The notes under the pieces were generated by a model. It did no database searches. It worked only from the letters and a program-made list of their open reading frames with translations, and was not told where the DNA came from. A stretch of DNA of 62,624 nucleotides, filler included, from Rhabdomonas costata (lineage: Eukaryota), in assembly GCA_019059605.1 (NCBI GenBank). It is 36 parts of 36 records of this genome, joined end to end, with 100 filler letters (N's around TTAATTAATTAA, not from the genome) between each part and the next. Parts side by side here need not be neighbours in the genome. Positions count along the whole stretch, not along the records: positions 1 to 1,643 come from JAHMHO010011414.1; positions 1,744 to 3,386 come from JAHMHO010011415.1; positions 3,487 to 5,129 come from JAHMHO010011416.1; positions 5,230 to 6,873 come from JAHMHO010011417.1; positions 6,974 to 8,615 come from JAHMHO010011418.1; positions 8,716 to 10,357 come from JAHMHO010011419.1; positions 10,458 to 12,100 come from JAHMHO010011420.1; positions 12,201 to 13,843 come from JAHMHO010011421.1; 28 more parts are not named here. The stretch is one strand, 5' to 3'. The position numbers were made by a program, and so were the translations under genes. Shown one piece after another: positions 1-12,336 of the stretch (the first letter of the stretch is position 1; each line of letters begins with the position of its first letter).

Positions 1-1147
1 GGGTTGTTGTGCTTCCGTCACCTTTCCTCGCTAATTAAGAAGGAAGGCACCACTGAGGAGGAAGGAAGGGGATGAAATGACCCTGAGAAACCCCAAGCCG
101 CAAAGAGTGTCAGAACAACTTCCCTGGGAGCCAGAAACCTCCAGAAACCTCCAGGGCCAGACCCGGCAAGGCGGCAACCATCACCACCCGATTCAGGCCA
201 ATTGAAGCCATCCCCAGCGAAAAAGCACAAGACTGGCACGAAGGCAGAGGCAGCGAAGTCGCGCGTTCACCGAACACGCCGACCGCGTTGCGGACGCGCG
301 TAGTTTCGTGTGCTGTTCTGGAATGGGCGTTAGATGTGGTTGGGAGCCACACCGTCTGGGGTATCATTCCATCGTTCAGTGATTTCTTGAAGACGACCTG
401 TGCGTAGGGTCGGACACATGGAAATACACGCAAAAGCGAAGGAACCACGATGGATGGGGTAGGGAGAAAGCGAGGAGGGGAAGGGGCAACGTTTTCGGTG
501 TAGAAGTGCTACATCCCTGTTGGAGTTGCTGAATATGGACAAACGAAGGCCGGAGAAGCCGATAGTAGAGGTCGAGTGAGAGGTGGGGTGCTCATTGCTG
601 AGACAACGGATTCTCACGCACACCTGCAACCACGCACACTCCCGTACATGCAGAGGGAGTAGAACAGAAAGAGGCCTGTCATCTTGCTCGTTGTGACAGC
701 GAGAGGGCACTTCGGCACTTCTTTGGGCACAGAGTGTGAACAAGGGTTGACCCTTCCCCCCCATCAAAAGGTCAAAGATGGAGAAATGAGAAACCAAACG
801 GAATCCTTCGCATGCTGGCACCATTCAGCTGACAAGAGCCGACAGCTTAACGCTGCAAGTTCCAGCTCCAACTCCAGAAGGAAACCAAACAAAGCTTCGA
901 AAACCCTGACACGCAGACACGCACGTAACACTGGGCAACTTACACGAGTTTGTGGGAGTGACTTTCGTTTGATGTTCCTGAAAGTCGCCTGCTAAACGAA
1001 AGACTCAATCCAAAAAGTTCAATTCAAAGACAGAAATACTACAACGAGTATGCCAAAACCAGTCAAAAACGAACGAGCTGGTTCATGGGGAAGAAAGGCC
1101 GGCGAAAGGCAGCGGGAGGAGAGGACGGGAAAGGGGAAAGGGGTTGT

Positions 1148-1595
1148 TCACGGGTGGGCCCAGCCGTAAATCCACGAAAACTCGGGCTCATCCTCGTCTG
1201 CCCTCTCGCACATGCTTAGCAACTCCGAGGCTGCAGCGTCGTCTGGGGCTTTCTTTATGTACTCCTGAAACCAAATGTGAAGCATCTTGACTGCTGAGGA
1301 TCAGCGGTTAGAACAAACACGTTTAACATCATGTGTCACAATGCTTTGTAAGTTAGATTCGGCTACCAGTTAGCCTCAGCAACACGGGCGATGAACATGG
1401 ATTTTCAATCCAGTTACTTGCTAAACCAGGGTTACAAAACAGCACGACAAGTATGCACTCTTACATTTCGCCTGCGTTTACCAAACCTGCAGGCCAGCGT
1501 GCCCCTTCTGGAAGGATCCGTAGAAGAGGTTCAGCACCGCCTCGTGGTACGCCGCAAAGGGGTCCCCCGACTGCTGTTGCTGCAGCACATACATC
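1148..1595 (-). CDS. Last two exons (1595-1487, 1264-1148) of a probable class III adenylate/guanylate cyclase-like protein, C-terminal tail
   Basis: GT-AG phase-0 join gives MYVLQQQQSGDPFAAYHEAVLNLFYGSFQKGHAGLQ|EYIKKAPDDAAASELLSMCERADEDEPEFSWIYGWAHP*(TGA). Resembles the (W)MYxL...DPFxxY + TPR-like PDD..LL..C tail that follows cyclase domains in euglenozoan and bacterial cyclases (recalled). The catalytic domain is not in the contig. Confidence 0.55.
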
Positions 1596-1643
1596 CTGTG
1601 GGAACGTCCATACCCACCCGTATTGGGGTCCCCACCACAAACC

Positions 1644-1743
1644 NNNNNNNNNNNNNNNNNNNNNNNNNNNNNNNNNNNNNNNNNNNNTTAATTAATTAAN
1701 NNNNNNNNNNNNNNNNNNNNNNNNNNNNNNNNNNNNNNNNNNN
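1644..1743. other. Artificial contig-joining spacer (first of 35 identical ones)
   Basis: 44 N + TTAATTAATTAA (stops in all six frames) + 44 N, recurring every ~1742-1743 nt; flanking contigs are all ~1639-1644 nt, consistent with length-sorted concatenation. Confidence 0.99.
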
Positions 1744-1833
1744 CAGAGAGAAAGAAAGACTTAATTACTTTTCCTCCCTGCAAAACGACCCACCCACCTC
1801 TGCTCTCATGAACTTTGCCTCAGGGAAGATTAC

Positions 1834-3201
1834 CTAACTCTTCAGCCGCGTTGGAGGGTTGGAGGAGCAACTAATGGAAAAGGCGTACACAGGCACAGCA
1901 CGCTCCCAAGGCTCCTTGGATGCAAAATCACTTTGCCTTCTGCGCGGCAGAAGTTGAAAGACAAAAACTGTTGCACAATGGAGAGGTTCAGTATATATAG
2001 AGAAGTAATTTGTCGGTGGGTCGGCACAAAAACTCGCTCTGTTCGAGGGGGGGGGGGGGGGGGGGGTGGGTGGAGACAGACAAAGAAATGCGGCGGCTAT
2101 TGTGAAACAACATGCCCGAAAAGGGCAGGAATAGGGGTGAGAGCTACCGCCAATGGTTCACAAAGGAGCCGGGTTCAGGGAAACTAAGAAATGGGAACGG
2201 CACAGCTAAAAATACAGAAAAAAACGCAGCAGCACAAACGCCATCAGAAGGCGCGGGCGGGCATTCTGTGTGGCACCTCCGATCCACCTGTCTTGATCAT
2301 CATCACATGTGCTAACCAATGCGTCCTTTACTTGCAGCTTTCAGTACTGGATGTTCAAAAGAAAAACCCAGAAGAAAAGAAAAAAGTGAAAAGCGTATGC
2401 ACGGGAATTTCGAAACCCCTCTCCCGACAAAACCACACCCAATACTTTAGGTACACTTGCTCACACGACTAAACGCATCAAAAAGGTGTTCAGAAAAGAA
2501 AATTCAGAAAAGAGTGCAAAAGTGAGGAGGTGGAGAGTGGGCTTCGTGGGTAAAAGAGAAGCCCAGTTGCCAGTGTGAGATTGTCGCTGACCATAGGAGC
2601 AGTGAGAAGCCCTCTTTGCTTTCTCACATGACATTACGCATGTTTGGACTGCAACATCTGCGCGGCTGAGGGTTGCGGATGTCTGTGGAAGGCACTTTGG
2701 CCCCAAGAAGAAGTGAAAACTGGCAAGGCGCGCGGAAATCCGCGGGACAACGGCGGAGCTCACAGGTGTGACGGTTGCACGGTGCTCCACTCCAAAAGTC
2801 CCCCAGTCTCATCTATGGGCAAGGATATGCGGGAGGCTGACACAAAGAAGGGGGGAAACGCGGGGGCTGGGATACGGAAGCCGTCACGGGGGACGACGAA
2901 GAAATGTTCCACACACAAGACCTTCACACGATGCACAAGTGAAAGAAAAAACCATCACACTAGTGCCACGAAGCGCAGCGGAAGGGAAGGAACGAAGGGA
3001 CGCGCTCGCTACACGCGAAAAGCGAAGCAGGTCTCCCAAAGCTCAACTGAGTGCAAATGCGAAAAAGAAAGGCAAGAAAAAGCCACAGCGATGAGCACGT
3101 GTTTGGAAGGCGCGGAAAGACGGTATGGTAGGTTCGTGCTTACACAAACCACAAAAGAAACGCACCATTGCCGGGAAAACTTGGATCAAGGACAAGGTAT
3201 C
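1834..3201 (-). CDS. Micro-exon chain (3201-3166, 2836-2781, 2611-2592, 2287-2242, 1870-1834), possible LamG/concanavalin-like fragment
   Basis: Phase-consistent splicing yields YLVLDPSFPGNASRISLPIDETGGLLEWSTGFSLLLWWIGGATQNARPRLLMLLLQPSNAAEEL. GFSxxxW is LamG-like. One donor is GC and one acceptor lacks a pyrimidine tract. Confidence 0.3.
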
Positions 3202-3486
3202 CTCAAGCAGAAAACCTACGAGCAAAGAACACCGGCCGCAACCAGTCTCCAATCACGAGCAAAACGTAGCACACCCCTCCAGTTCACGAAATATGTAAGT
3301 ATATAGATCCGCGGAGAAAGGTCTCTGTCTCACAGGCGTGAGAAGGAGCACGCGGGGAAGGGGGGTGTGGGGGTGATTGAGGTTGGNNNNNNNNNNNNNN
3401 NNNNNNNNNNNNNNNNNNNNNNNNNNNNNNTTAATTAATTAANNNNNNNNNNNNNNNNNNNNNNNNNNNNNNNNNNNNNNNNNNNN

Positions 3487-4157
3487 GGTGTTGGCTCCCT
3501 CTCGTTGATGACCTCGCTGCAGTCCCCACTCCACCGGCCCAGAATTGTAGCCACCAGGTCAGCACGGGCGTCCCCTTCCTGGCAACAGCTCGCCAGAAGA
3601 CTCTGAAAAGAAGCCATCATTCCCTCTACCATGGTGACTCTGTAAGAAGGAAAACACATCAAACTGGAAAGCCTCGCCGGACTAGGCAGCCCATTCCCTC
3701 ACACGTGGAGAATATCCAGTTCAGGTGAAGTTGAAGGTGAGCAGGCACGCTGATAAGAACCAATTCAATGACATAACCTGCGGGTGTGGGCGCTGCGCGA
3801 CCTGCGTGCCATCCCTGCCAACCGGGAGATAGGGTTTTCGCGCACCTACCATCACTCATTCAGGTGTGCTGTTTCCTTCCTCGGCGACCTCAGTCTTTTC
3901 ATCCCTTTCCCACAACCCGCTTTCACTCATTTCTATCATGCCTGTAGTCTGTCTGCAGCCTCCTCGGGCAGGACCTCACCCCACGGCAGATCCTCCAGGA
4001 TGCCCTGCACCCGCCCGAGACAGGCCTCGACCTCCGCCCGGGCCCCCGCAAGCGCCTCCAGCTCGTCATCAGAGGGGCTGCCCACCTCTCCCAGGGAGGT
4101 GACCTGCAGCTGCAGCTCCCCCAGTTCCTCGAGAAGATCGCCCAGCTCAGTGGCCAT
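3487..4157 (-). CDS. 5' exons (4157-3942, 3602-3487) of an acidic helical protein, possibly leading into ankyrin-like repeats
   Basis: ATG at 4157, MATELGDLLEELGELQLQ...EAADRLQ, then GC donor (CAG|GCATGA), acceptor TTTTCAG|, in-phase SLLASCCQEGDARADLVATILGRWSGDCSEVINERE; strong GC3 bias. Confidence 0.55.
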
Positions 4158-5233
4158 GCCTGTCCTCCGAGCTGCGTATGCACTGCTTTGTCCACACGAG
4201 CACACTCGTTCTCTCGGCAAATAGCAAAAACAAAAGCAAAATTTATAGCTTGTTCGCTTGAATCAGGAAAGCTCCAGGGGTGAAATTAAAAGAAAAAGAT
4301 GAGAAGGTATTTGATCGACCAGGACACCACGTGATCATACGTTGTCCTGAGTCGCCTTTCGTTTTTCCTCTTTGCAACTGGTAATGCCATCACAGGTTTA
4401 CTAGCTTGCATCCGAGCTGAAAGGTTTGGAGAGTATGACAACAGCAAACGTGCTAAACCGTCTCAAACCTAGCAGCTATGAAACTGTATTAGCACGGACA
4501 GGCATCTGGGTAACTGGGGCACGCAGTCCGCACTAGAGCCAAGGCCTGCTAAGTCCGAAATCGTGTGTGTGTATGTGTGTGTGATGCGTGTGCGTTTGCA
4601 CGTTGCAAGCATTGGGAAATATAGCCCCAGCCACCTCAAAGGTGGGGTTTTGAAACGTACTCATAAGGGAGTAATTTTCCTCAACAAAAACGTCTACGGA
4701 AATGCTGGATGTGAACAACCTGATTGTTGGTTACAGGAATCCGTTCACACAACACCCCTGAAAACTAGGAAACCTAGAAATTTCTCCGCTCCAGAAAAAA
4801 CGACCCAGCAAAGCTTGGGCCTCTGTGGAATGGAGCCTTCGGAGACTGGGACACTCCTGAAAGCAGGGCTATGTTGGGGCTCGAACAGGAGTTGCCGGAA
4901 CGTGTTGTCACAGTGTAATTTATGAACTGGGCGTCGAGCGGTGACAATCAGCTCGCCAAGAAAGCCATACCAGGTGCAGGAAAGCCTATTTCGTGGCCTC
5001 ATATCGTGGATGGCATGTTCGATTGGCACTTGTCGCAATTGTTCAACGGGCATCTCCCGTGTCCTTCGCTTCCCTGTATCTTTCTTCCCAGACGAAGTCT
5101 TCCCCAAAACCACACCAAACACACCAACANNNNNNNNNNNNNNNNNNNNNNNNNNNNNNNNNNNNNNNNNNNNTTAATTAATTAANNNNNNNNNNNNNNN
5201 NNNNNNNNNNNNNNNNNNNNNNNNNNNNNGTGA

Positions 5234-5317
5234 TGGTAGTGGTAGTGGTAGTGGTAGTGGTAGTGGTAGTGGTAGTGGTAGTGGTAGTGGTAGTGGTAGT
5301 GGTAGTGGTAGTGGTAG
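5234..5317. repeat. (GTGGTA)n hexanucleotide microsatellite, ~14 units
   Basis: Directly visible at the start of contig 4. Confidence 0.95.
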
Positions 5318-5696
5318 TATTGGTCGTGGTGGTGGGGTGACCTAGTTATCCCTCACCCCCCGCCTCTTTTATTGTGGGCTTGCACTACCGACAGCAAATA
5401 ACTCAGTGATCCAGGATGGTTTTAAGAGCTTCGCGGTTAGGGTTGAGTTTTTCTCTTCTTGTTGGGTATCGCTACCGTCAGGCAGACATCCGCGTTTTGG
5501 TCGAGGGTGTATATGGACACCATGTACCATACTGACACGCACACTGGCCGCACAGTCTTGACAGTGCATCGTCGTCTTCCCTCTGCTTTCTAAAGCTTTT
5601 CAGCTTCGTTTGTTTCATCGTACCCCCTTTTCTGGAGCAGCACAAAACCAAAAACAAAGAAAGCAAAAGCGAAGGACTGCGCACACACGCCAGGAA

Positions 5697-5933
5697 ATGG
5701 CCTCCGCGAAGGTTCCCCCCTGCAAGTGGGCTCAGAACAAGGACCGGATCTTCCTCACCATTGATGTCAGCGACGCCAAGGACGCCACGGTGAGCTTTGA
5801 GGAGAAGAAGGTGGTGTTCCGGGGCTCCGGGAAGGTCGCCAGCGGGGCGGCGGAGTTCGACACCACGATCAACCTGAACAAGGAGATCACCCCCGACGAC
5901 TGCAAGCACAAGGTGACGGACCGCGAGATCCAG
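5697..5933 (+). CDS. p23/Sba1-type Hsp90 co-chaperone (CS domain), first exon
   Basis: MASAKVPPCKWAQNKDRIFLTIDVSDAKDATVSFEEKKVVFRG...INLNKEITPDDCKHKVTDREIQ|GT; the PxxxWAQxxDxxFLTI motif is typical of p23. Preceded by a pyrimidine tract, AG and an A-rich leader (possible trans-splice acceptor). Confidence 0.88.
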
Positions 5934-7056
5934 GTGCAGTTGTGCATGTCCGCTTCTTTGGGATTTCGGGATGTGGTTTGAGGTTGGTCTTTCGGGTCCC
6001 CACCAGCATCTTTGTGTGCACTGTCGCACTGAAAGCCTCGAAAGATTCTGCTCTGCCACCGGTTTTGGGGGGTATTCGGAAGATGCCTATATTTAGCACC
6101 CCTGTTGTGGTGCTGGAGTCTGGGAAGGGGTGTGTGCTTGCAGAATCCAGGGATGCCGGGTACATTCCCCCGAACGCAGACATTTGCCTGTGAATGTAAT
6201 TACGGCCGATACGTGGATGAGGCCGGGCAGAGTTTTCTGTCGCCAACCACTCAGTCATTGTGCTTTTTCAGCAGTTTCTCGCAGATGGGTTCGGTCAGGG
6301 AATTCACGCGCAATCTCACGCAAAAACCATTCAAGTCGTTCAAGACTCCTTATGATTATTAATATATTTTGAACGACCGCATCCATAGCAACAAAGTACC
6401 TCTTTTCAAAGAATGTACCGTTGTCTTCAATGAAAAACCAAGCGCGCTTTTGCAGACGCTTCTGACGCCCAGGTGTGATGGTAGGACACTTCGATTTGAG
6501 CAGCACACAAATAATTCGGAACTTGTTCTCCCAAGCTTAGTTCATAGTAACAGTGAGCCGATCGCGGGTTGTGCATTCCGCTGAAGTTTGATGGGTGTAT
6601 CCAAATTGTAAAGGCGGGTTGCCTTTCATGTCACCGAGAATCTGGAAGTACGCCATGGGAATATGTGATCCGAGAATCCCTTCGTTGAAATCGAAGTTGC
6701 GAAGGGAACTTTGGAATCATATGGACGCCGTCTGGGAGCTGACCTGCGGTGGACTGGTACGGGCTCGGAACAGACATGCGTGGAAACTTGGTTCCTTGGA
6801 GTGCATGTTTGGGCACAGGCTCTCACCCTTTGCCCAAACATGCACTCCAAGGAACCAAGTTTCCACACACCCCNNNNNNNNNNNNNNNNNNNNNNNNNNN
6901 NNNNNNNNNNNNNNNNNTTAATTAATTAANNNNNNNNNNNNNNNNNNNNNNNNNNNNNNNNNNNNNNNNNNNNTGTTTGTTGTGAATATTTCCTATTGTG
7001 TGAACTTCTCATGGTTTTCATTTTCCGCCTGCAGCTGTGCCTTCGTTTTTCTGAAG

Positions 7057-7754
7057 GAGCCTGGGCGTGATTGTTGTGCACCTGTTCACGGGATACCTCC
7101 CCCGAGCCTACACGCGCTGTTCCAACCAGTTGGCTCTCCTGACCGCCATTCAGGGCGCCACCGTGGAGACCATTTTTCCCAGCAGTGGTCTCCCCATCTC
7201 CGGCCCACATTCTTGCCCAGCCGGTCTGAGAGAGTTTGTGGGGCTATGCCTGCAGCGAGACCCCAAAGCGAGGCCGAGCTGCCGGGAATTGCTCAGACAC
7301 GCCTTCGTTCAGCCCTTCAAAGTCCACCCAGGTTGCGCTTTTTCCAGGCCAGGACTGCGACGCCAAATCTGCAGAAATTCGTGCATTTGTCTGAAAGCAC
7401 AACCCTGAAACCTGAGAATGGTCTCCTGCGCCCATGAACCATTGCCTGGAGCCATCACACCACCTCCTGTGATCGTTATCATGATCATCGCTCAGTCAGC
7501 GTTTTTGAATAGCGGTGTTTTTTTTCCGGCAACGTTGTTGCTTTGCAGATGATTCCCATGGAGTGAGTGTTATTTCCCTTTTCTCTTCCCCTTTCTCTTC
7601 CCTTTTTCGTAACAATCAAATCCACTGCTTCTGGTTCGAGGATTTTTTCGGCCCCCCAGATGATATGCAAGCAACTGTGCGATGCCGAGGCGTCGCTGGG
7701 CCGCGCGGTCAGGAGGTCCCGGCCGTTGAGGCCGAACTCCCACCTCGACCAAAG
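7057..7754 (+). CDS. Ser/Thr protein kinase, subdomains IX-XI plus tail (exons 7057-7331, 7660-7754); STE/MAP2K-like
   Basis: (W)SLGVIVVHLFTGYLP...LREFVGLCLQRDPKARPSCRELLRHAFV; phase-1 GT-AG intron to the next exon. Confidence 0.8.
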
Positions 7755-10700
7755 GTATGCCTTGGAGACCACTGTTTTTTCCACCGCTGGCAATTCTCAC
7801 CACCACATCATCATCGTTGACCACTGCACGATCTGTTGGACCTTAAACAGGACCTTGTGGGACGCAGCCGAAAGGATCCTGCCACGGCTCCCCTCCTTTC
7901 GACCACTCACAGGACAACAATACAATTGGTTAGTATGAGATGAGGACTCTCACTGACCATTTTTGGAAAATGGGCATGAGTGTAGGAGTTCTGCTGCACT
8001 CTTTTCAAGATTGCTATCTCATGCTTTCCCATGCCTTTGTGCTATGTAGCCATTGAGCGTTATTCTTCTCCATAACATCAGTTCCTCTCCAGCCCCCGCT
8101 GCAGGACCTGAGAAACCTTTTAGATGAAGACTCTCGCTGACATCTTTGGCAAACGACCATGAGCTTGGGGGAGTGCTGCTGCTCCCACTTCCTACTGTCA
8201 TCCTGCTCTCCCATGGCTTTGTGCAACATAAAATATCAAATTCTAACTGCTGTCCCTCAACACTCAGCGCATTTCTAGCACTCTTATAAGGACACCCTTA
8301 GGTGTCTATTGGCCTCCACCTCATTCGACTTCGCTTTGGGAATAAGGTAAGAACAGGTCACACTCTTCTGTGGTTTTTTTTGCGCTCGATTCAACTTCTC
8401 TTTTCCTTTTCGCTGTGTGTTCTGGTTTTCCTGGACAGACCGTGGAGGCCACGTCCAGCTTCCCCAAGGACATAATGACAGACACCCAAATCAAAGAGGA
8501 TACACTTACCTTTCAAAATTTAAACAAACAAAGAAAGTATGTATTCTGGATGTCCACAGCCACCAAGGCACACAAGGGAGAAAAGGAAAAAGCGGATCTG
8601 CGCCTACCACAACACNNNNNNNNNNNNNNNNNNNNNNNNNNNNNNNNNNNNNNNNNNNNTTAATTAATTAANNNNNNNNNNNNNNNNNNNNNNNNNNNNN
8701 NNNNNNNNNNNNNNNTGTGGGGGGTCCTCGACGCCGTGGGCCCCACCAGCGCAGCCGCCACGGCGTCGAGGACCTCCCGCTCCACCAGCAGAATTGGGAG
8801 CAGCGGACGAGCAGAGAGCTCCTATTGGAGCGCAAAAGATGCCATCGCTAAAAGCAACAAGATAGACAGGACATTCACACGCACCTCCCCCCCTCACACA
8901 GACACTAGATCCACAACCTTGGATGCAACCTTGGATGAAGAGATAGCGAGGCAGAGAGAGAAGTGCAACGCGACGCAACCGCGGCGTACAATGCTCCCCT
9001 CACTCTCTGTTCACCTCATTCTTTCGTTAAAGTTCCATTTTCATTTTTCAACCGGAAGGAAAGCCCTTCCTGTGACATGCATTGCACCGAAGAGAAAGAT
9101 AGCGACCAAAGGGAAGGACTGCGACTACGGGAAAAAGCACTACGTGGTAGTGCTGGTGATGGGAACCATTGCTTCTGGTTTAAGGCAACACAAAATTTAA
9201 ATTTTCCGTGCTTTGGGGCAGTGACCACGAAAGCAGAAAATCGCAGGAAATTGGGCGACTGGTGTGCTCGAAGTGCCCGTGCCACGAAAAGAAGCGCTCT
9301 ATGGAATGCTTTATTCACCAATTCCTAGTGGGCGGATCGGCAGTTTTGACAGTGGAAGGGATTGTTCTGAGTTTGCCATGCAACGTATGATGCCACAACA
9401 CCCAACAGCTCGCATCCAGAAATGGAAGGTGGTTAAGCCCAATGAGATATGAAAGAAACCTCATTACCACAATACGTTTCGGGGAGAGACATAGGCGTCT
9501 GGGTCGCGCGGTCACCTCTCACCCGGTCCGGCTTTTGCCCCCAGTGCGTGTGTTCGAGTTCCAGAAGCCGGGCGAGCCCCACTCCACACTCACTCCTCGC
9601 TAAACACCCGAACATTGCGTGTGCCGCGCAAAGCCACTATTCAAGTCTGGAAGAGGGAGGGAGCACACACACCAGTTTTTGGGAGCAGACCCTCCCAGCG
9701 ATGCTTAGGCTTCCTGGGGAAGTAGGCCACGCACTCTTCTGGACTGTCGTGGTTTGGTGGAACAGGTCCACCACCGCCAACATGGCGTGGAGTGGAGGAG
9801 GTCGAAGAGGGCAATGAGACGGCGGACACTGACGATGAAAGAGTGCCAGGATGCCTGCCCGGGGGACTGGCAACCACACCCAGCCACGTTTGCGCTTTGT
9901 TGCAGTTCTGGAGGACGGTGGGTGTGCTCGGGGTGAGCACTACGTTCACATAAGGCAAACCCAATGCCGCCAGGATGCGTACACCTTGTTCGGCTAGGAA
10001 CAGGCCCAACCGCCACGTTCCGGAAGCTTGGCAATGGTGAAGCACAGAGTACGCCATGTCAGCTTGCGGTGCACCCCACTTCGTATGGGAATATCGCTTG
10101 CGAAATGTCGAGCGATGGTCCGTGAGAAAGTGATCTGAAAGCGGACCGAACCTGAATGATGTCTTTCCTGCCAATCGTTCCCATAAAACGACGTCCTTGT
10201 TCGGCTTCTTGGGCAGTATATACGCTTTGCCAAATCCCAAGGTCAATCACAACTTTTTCTTTTCCTTCACACCATTCCGAGGGTAACTTGCAGGTGGCAC
10301 TGGACTTGGATCAAGTGTGCCAAAGCACAACGGTTTAAAGCTTTAACAAACCCCCACNNNNNNNNNNNNNNNNNNNNNNNNNNNNNNNNNNNNNNNNNNN
10401 NTTAATTAATTAANNNNNNNNNNNNNNNNNNNNNNNNNNNNNNNNNNNNNNNNNNNNTTGTGGTGGGGGGAGGCATACATCCTCTTGTAACAGCCCCGAG
10501 AAAAAACACGGGCGGGCAACAGCACGGCCTGCAACCGGAGCCGACAGGGGGCGGGGTTTTCGGCGGAGCGCAAATTCGCTTTTTTTGAGACACAGGCGAC
10601 CCCATCATTACACATCGTTATCATGGAGATGCCACAAACGGGGTGCCAGCAGTACACAAGGGCGATTTTGCCAAAGGGTATGCACTTTCGTGTCATCAGT

Positions 10701-11378
10701 CTCCCACTGGATCACTGATACCATTTGGACCCAAATCGTCGCTCCAGGAAATGTCTCGTGACGCTCCAGCAGCAGGCTGGGGTGCGCCCCTGACCAAACC
10801 TTTCCTCTGTCCAGCAAGCCCGCGGTGAAAGACCGCAGATACGTTTTTCGCAGTACTGCACGTATCATCGCATAAAGATATTTACACGCACTGCAAGACT
10901 GTAAATAAAAAACACCTACCGACAGAAAAACCGCATCACATCGTTCATTGTCCGACCTAGCCGGGTCCCTGGCTCTTCTTTGGTCCAACCTCCACGAATG
11001 GGATATGAAAACGAATCACATGAGTGATGCGGTCTGGCCAAAGGCTGAAGCTCCGCACGTCTTCCTCGGCATCGTTCGAAAGCTTGGGGATCGGAAGCTC
11101 TGATGGGCTCTGTTGCCCAACACACCCACCTCAATCCAACGCCAACTTCCGCGAAATTGCAAATTAGAAGTATTCCTCAACTTCCCCGCAAACAAGGAAG
11201 GATGTTACGCTTTGTCTCACAGTGCTCTTGGCAATTCGCAAGAACTTTGACCCGGTTCCTCAGGTGAATATGTTTTCAAGCCGAAAACATCATCAATCCG
11301 AAAAACACAAATAAAAAACGTTATCCTCCGAAATTGCTTCATTAACAATACTTGTGTGGTGCTCTGGTTATCGGGGGA

Positions 11379-11690
11379 TAACGGCTACCGGTGGTTGCAT
11401 TTTTCTATCGGAGAATATTTTAAAATCGTTGAAGGCACACCCGTCTTAGCCGCCCGCTCGGCCGTCGCGCCGCTGGCCTTCGCCCCTAATGCTGTCCTAC
11501 TCATCCGCCATGTCCTGGCCATTGGCCCTCAGCCAGCATCCGTTTTGAGCTACTAACTCAATAGGGAGCACTGGCAAAGTTTACGCAACCCCCTTGCAGT
11601 AAATCAAAGGTATTTCGAGAATGGTGGAAACAAAACCGATTTCCAGTTAACTTAGCAAAGCCAGATTGCTGTTACCAGCGGTAGCCGTTA
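11379..11690. mobile_element. Putative MITE-like element with 17-bp imperfect terminal inverted repeats
   Basis: TAACGGCTACCGGTGGT (11379-11395) and ACCAGCGGTAGCCGTTA (11674-11690) are 16/17 complementary; non-coding interior; internal to the contig; no clear TSD. Confidence 0.35.
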
Positions 11691-12336
11691 ACACTCCTCC
11701 GCCCCCCAACTTCCATTGGATCCGAAATCTGCATCGGAGGCTGTGAGGGAGACAGTTTCATAGAATTTCGTACCGGCGGCATTCATTCACCGAAACGAAG
11801 AAGGCTAAGTTCACATTTCGCTTTCTTTTGATATTTTTCAACCTCAAGCACGGGTTACGTGCGTAGGGTCGAATATATTCGTCGTCGTTGAAGAATCGTA
11901 AGCAACTCAACTGGGAGTCTGAAAGAAACTGCTGGGCTGCTGGGATAAAGAACAGCAAAACCGGAAGAGGAGAATAACGGCGAGAAACCTCAAGAGCCAT
12001 CAGACTTCGAGTCACAATTTTCGGGGCCTGCATCGTCATGAAGACAAACACATATTTTCGGGGATCCACAGTTTCACGTCTCCCTGAAAGCCACCCACAA
12101 NNNNNNNNNNNNNNNNNNNNNNNNNNNNNNNNNNNNNNNNNNNNTTAATTAATTAANNNNNNNNNNNNNNNNNNNNNNNNNNNNNNNNNNNNNNNNNNNN
12201 TTTGACTACCATAACTGAATCAGGATTGCCCTCTTGCGCTGCCTGGCGAACCGTCACTTCAGTCACCCAAACCCATAGGCAGTCGGCCAACAGGCAGTTA
12301 GGTAAAAGCCAGCGCCCAAAACAAACACATATGCAG

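Noticed and set aside
2644-3306. Long ORF-track entries such as 2644-3306, 18352-19014, 24463-25095 and 33547-34314
   Set aside because: No recognisable motifs; they are antisense to, or read through introns of, better-supported spliced genes.
5234-5317. (GTGGTA)n as a telomeric repeat
   Set aside because: It is not TTAGGG, and the G-rich strand runs away from the contig end rather than toward it; an ordinary microsatellite that G/T primers would favour.
6780-6866. Perfect 36-bp hairpin (15-nt loop) as a terminator, pre-miRNA or non-conventional intron
   Set aside because: One arm abuts the contig end and primer-like tail; perfect identity fits fold-back during amplification.
8723-8774. Perfect 17-bp inverted repeat
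   Set aside because: At the contig start beside a G/T tail and it interrupts an apparent exon; fold-back artefact.
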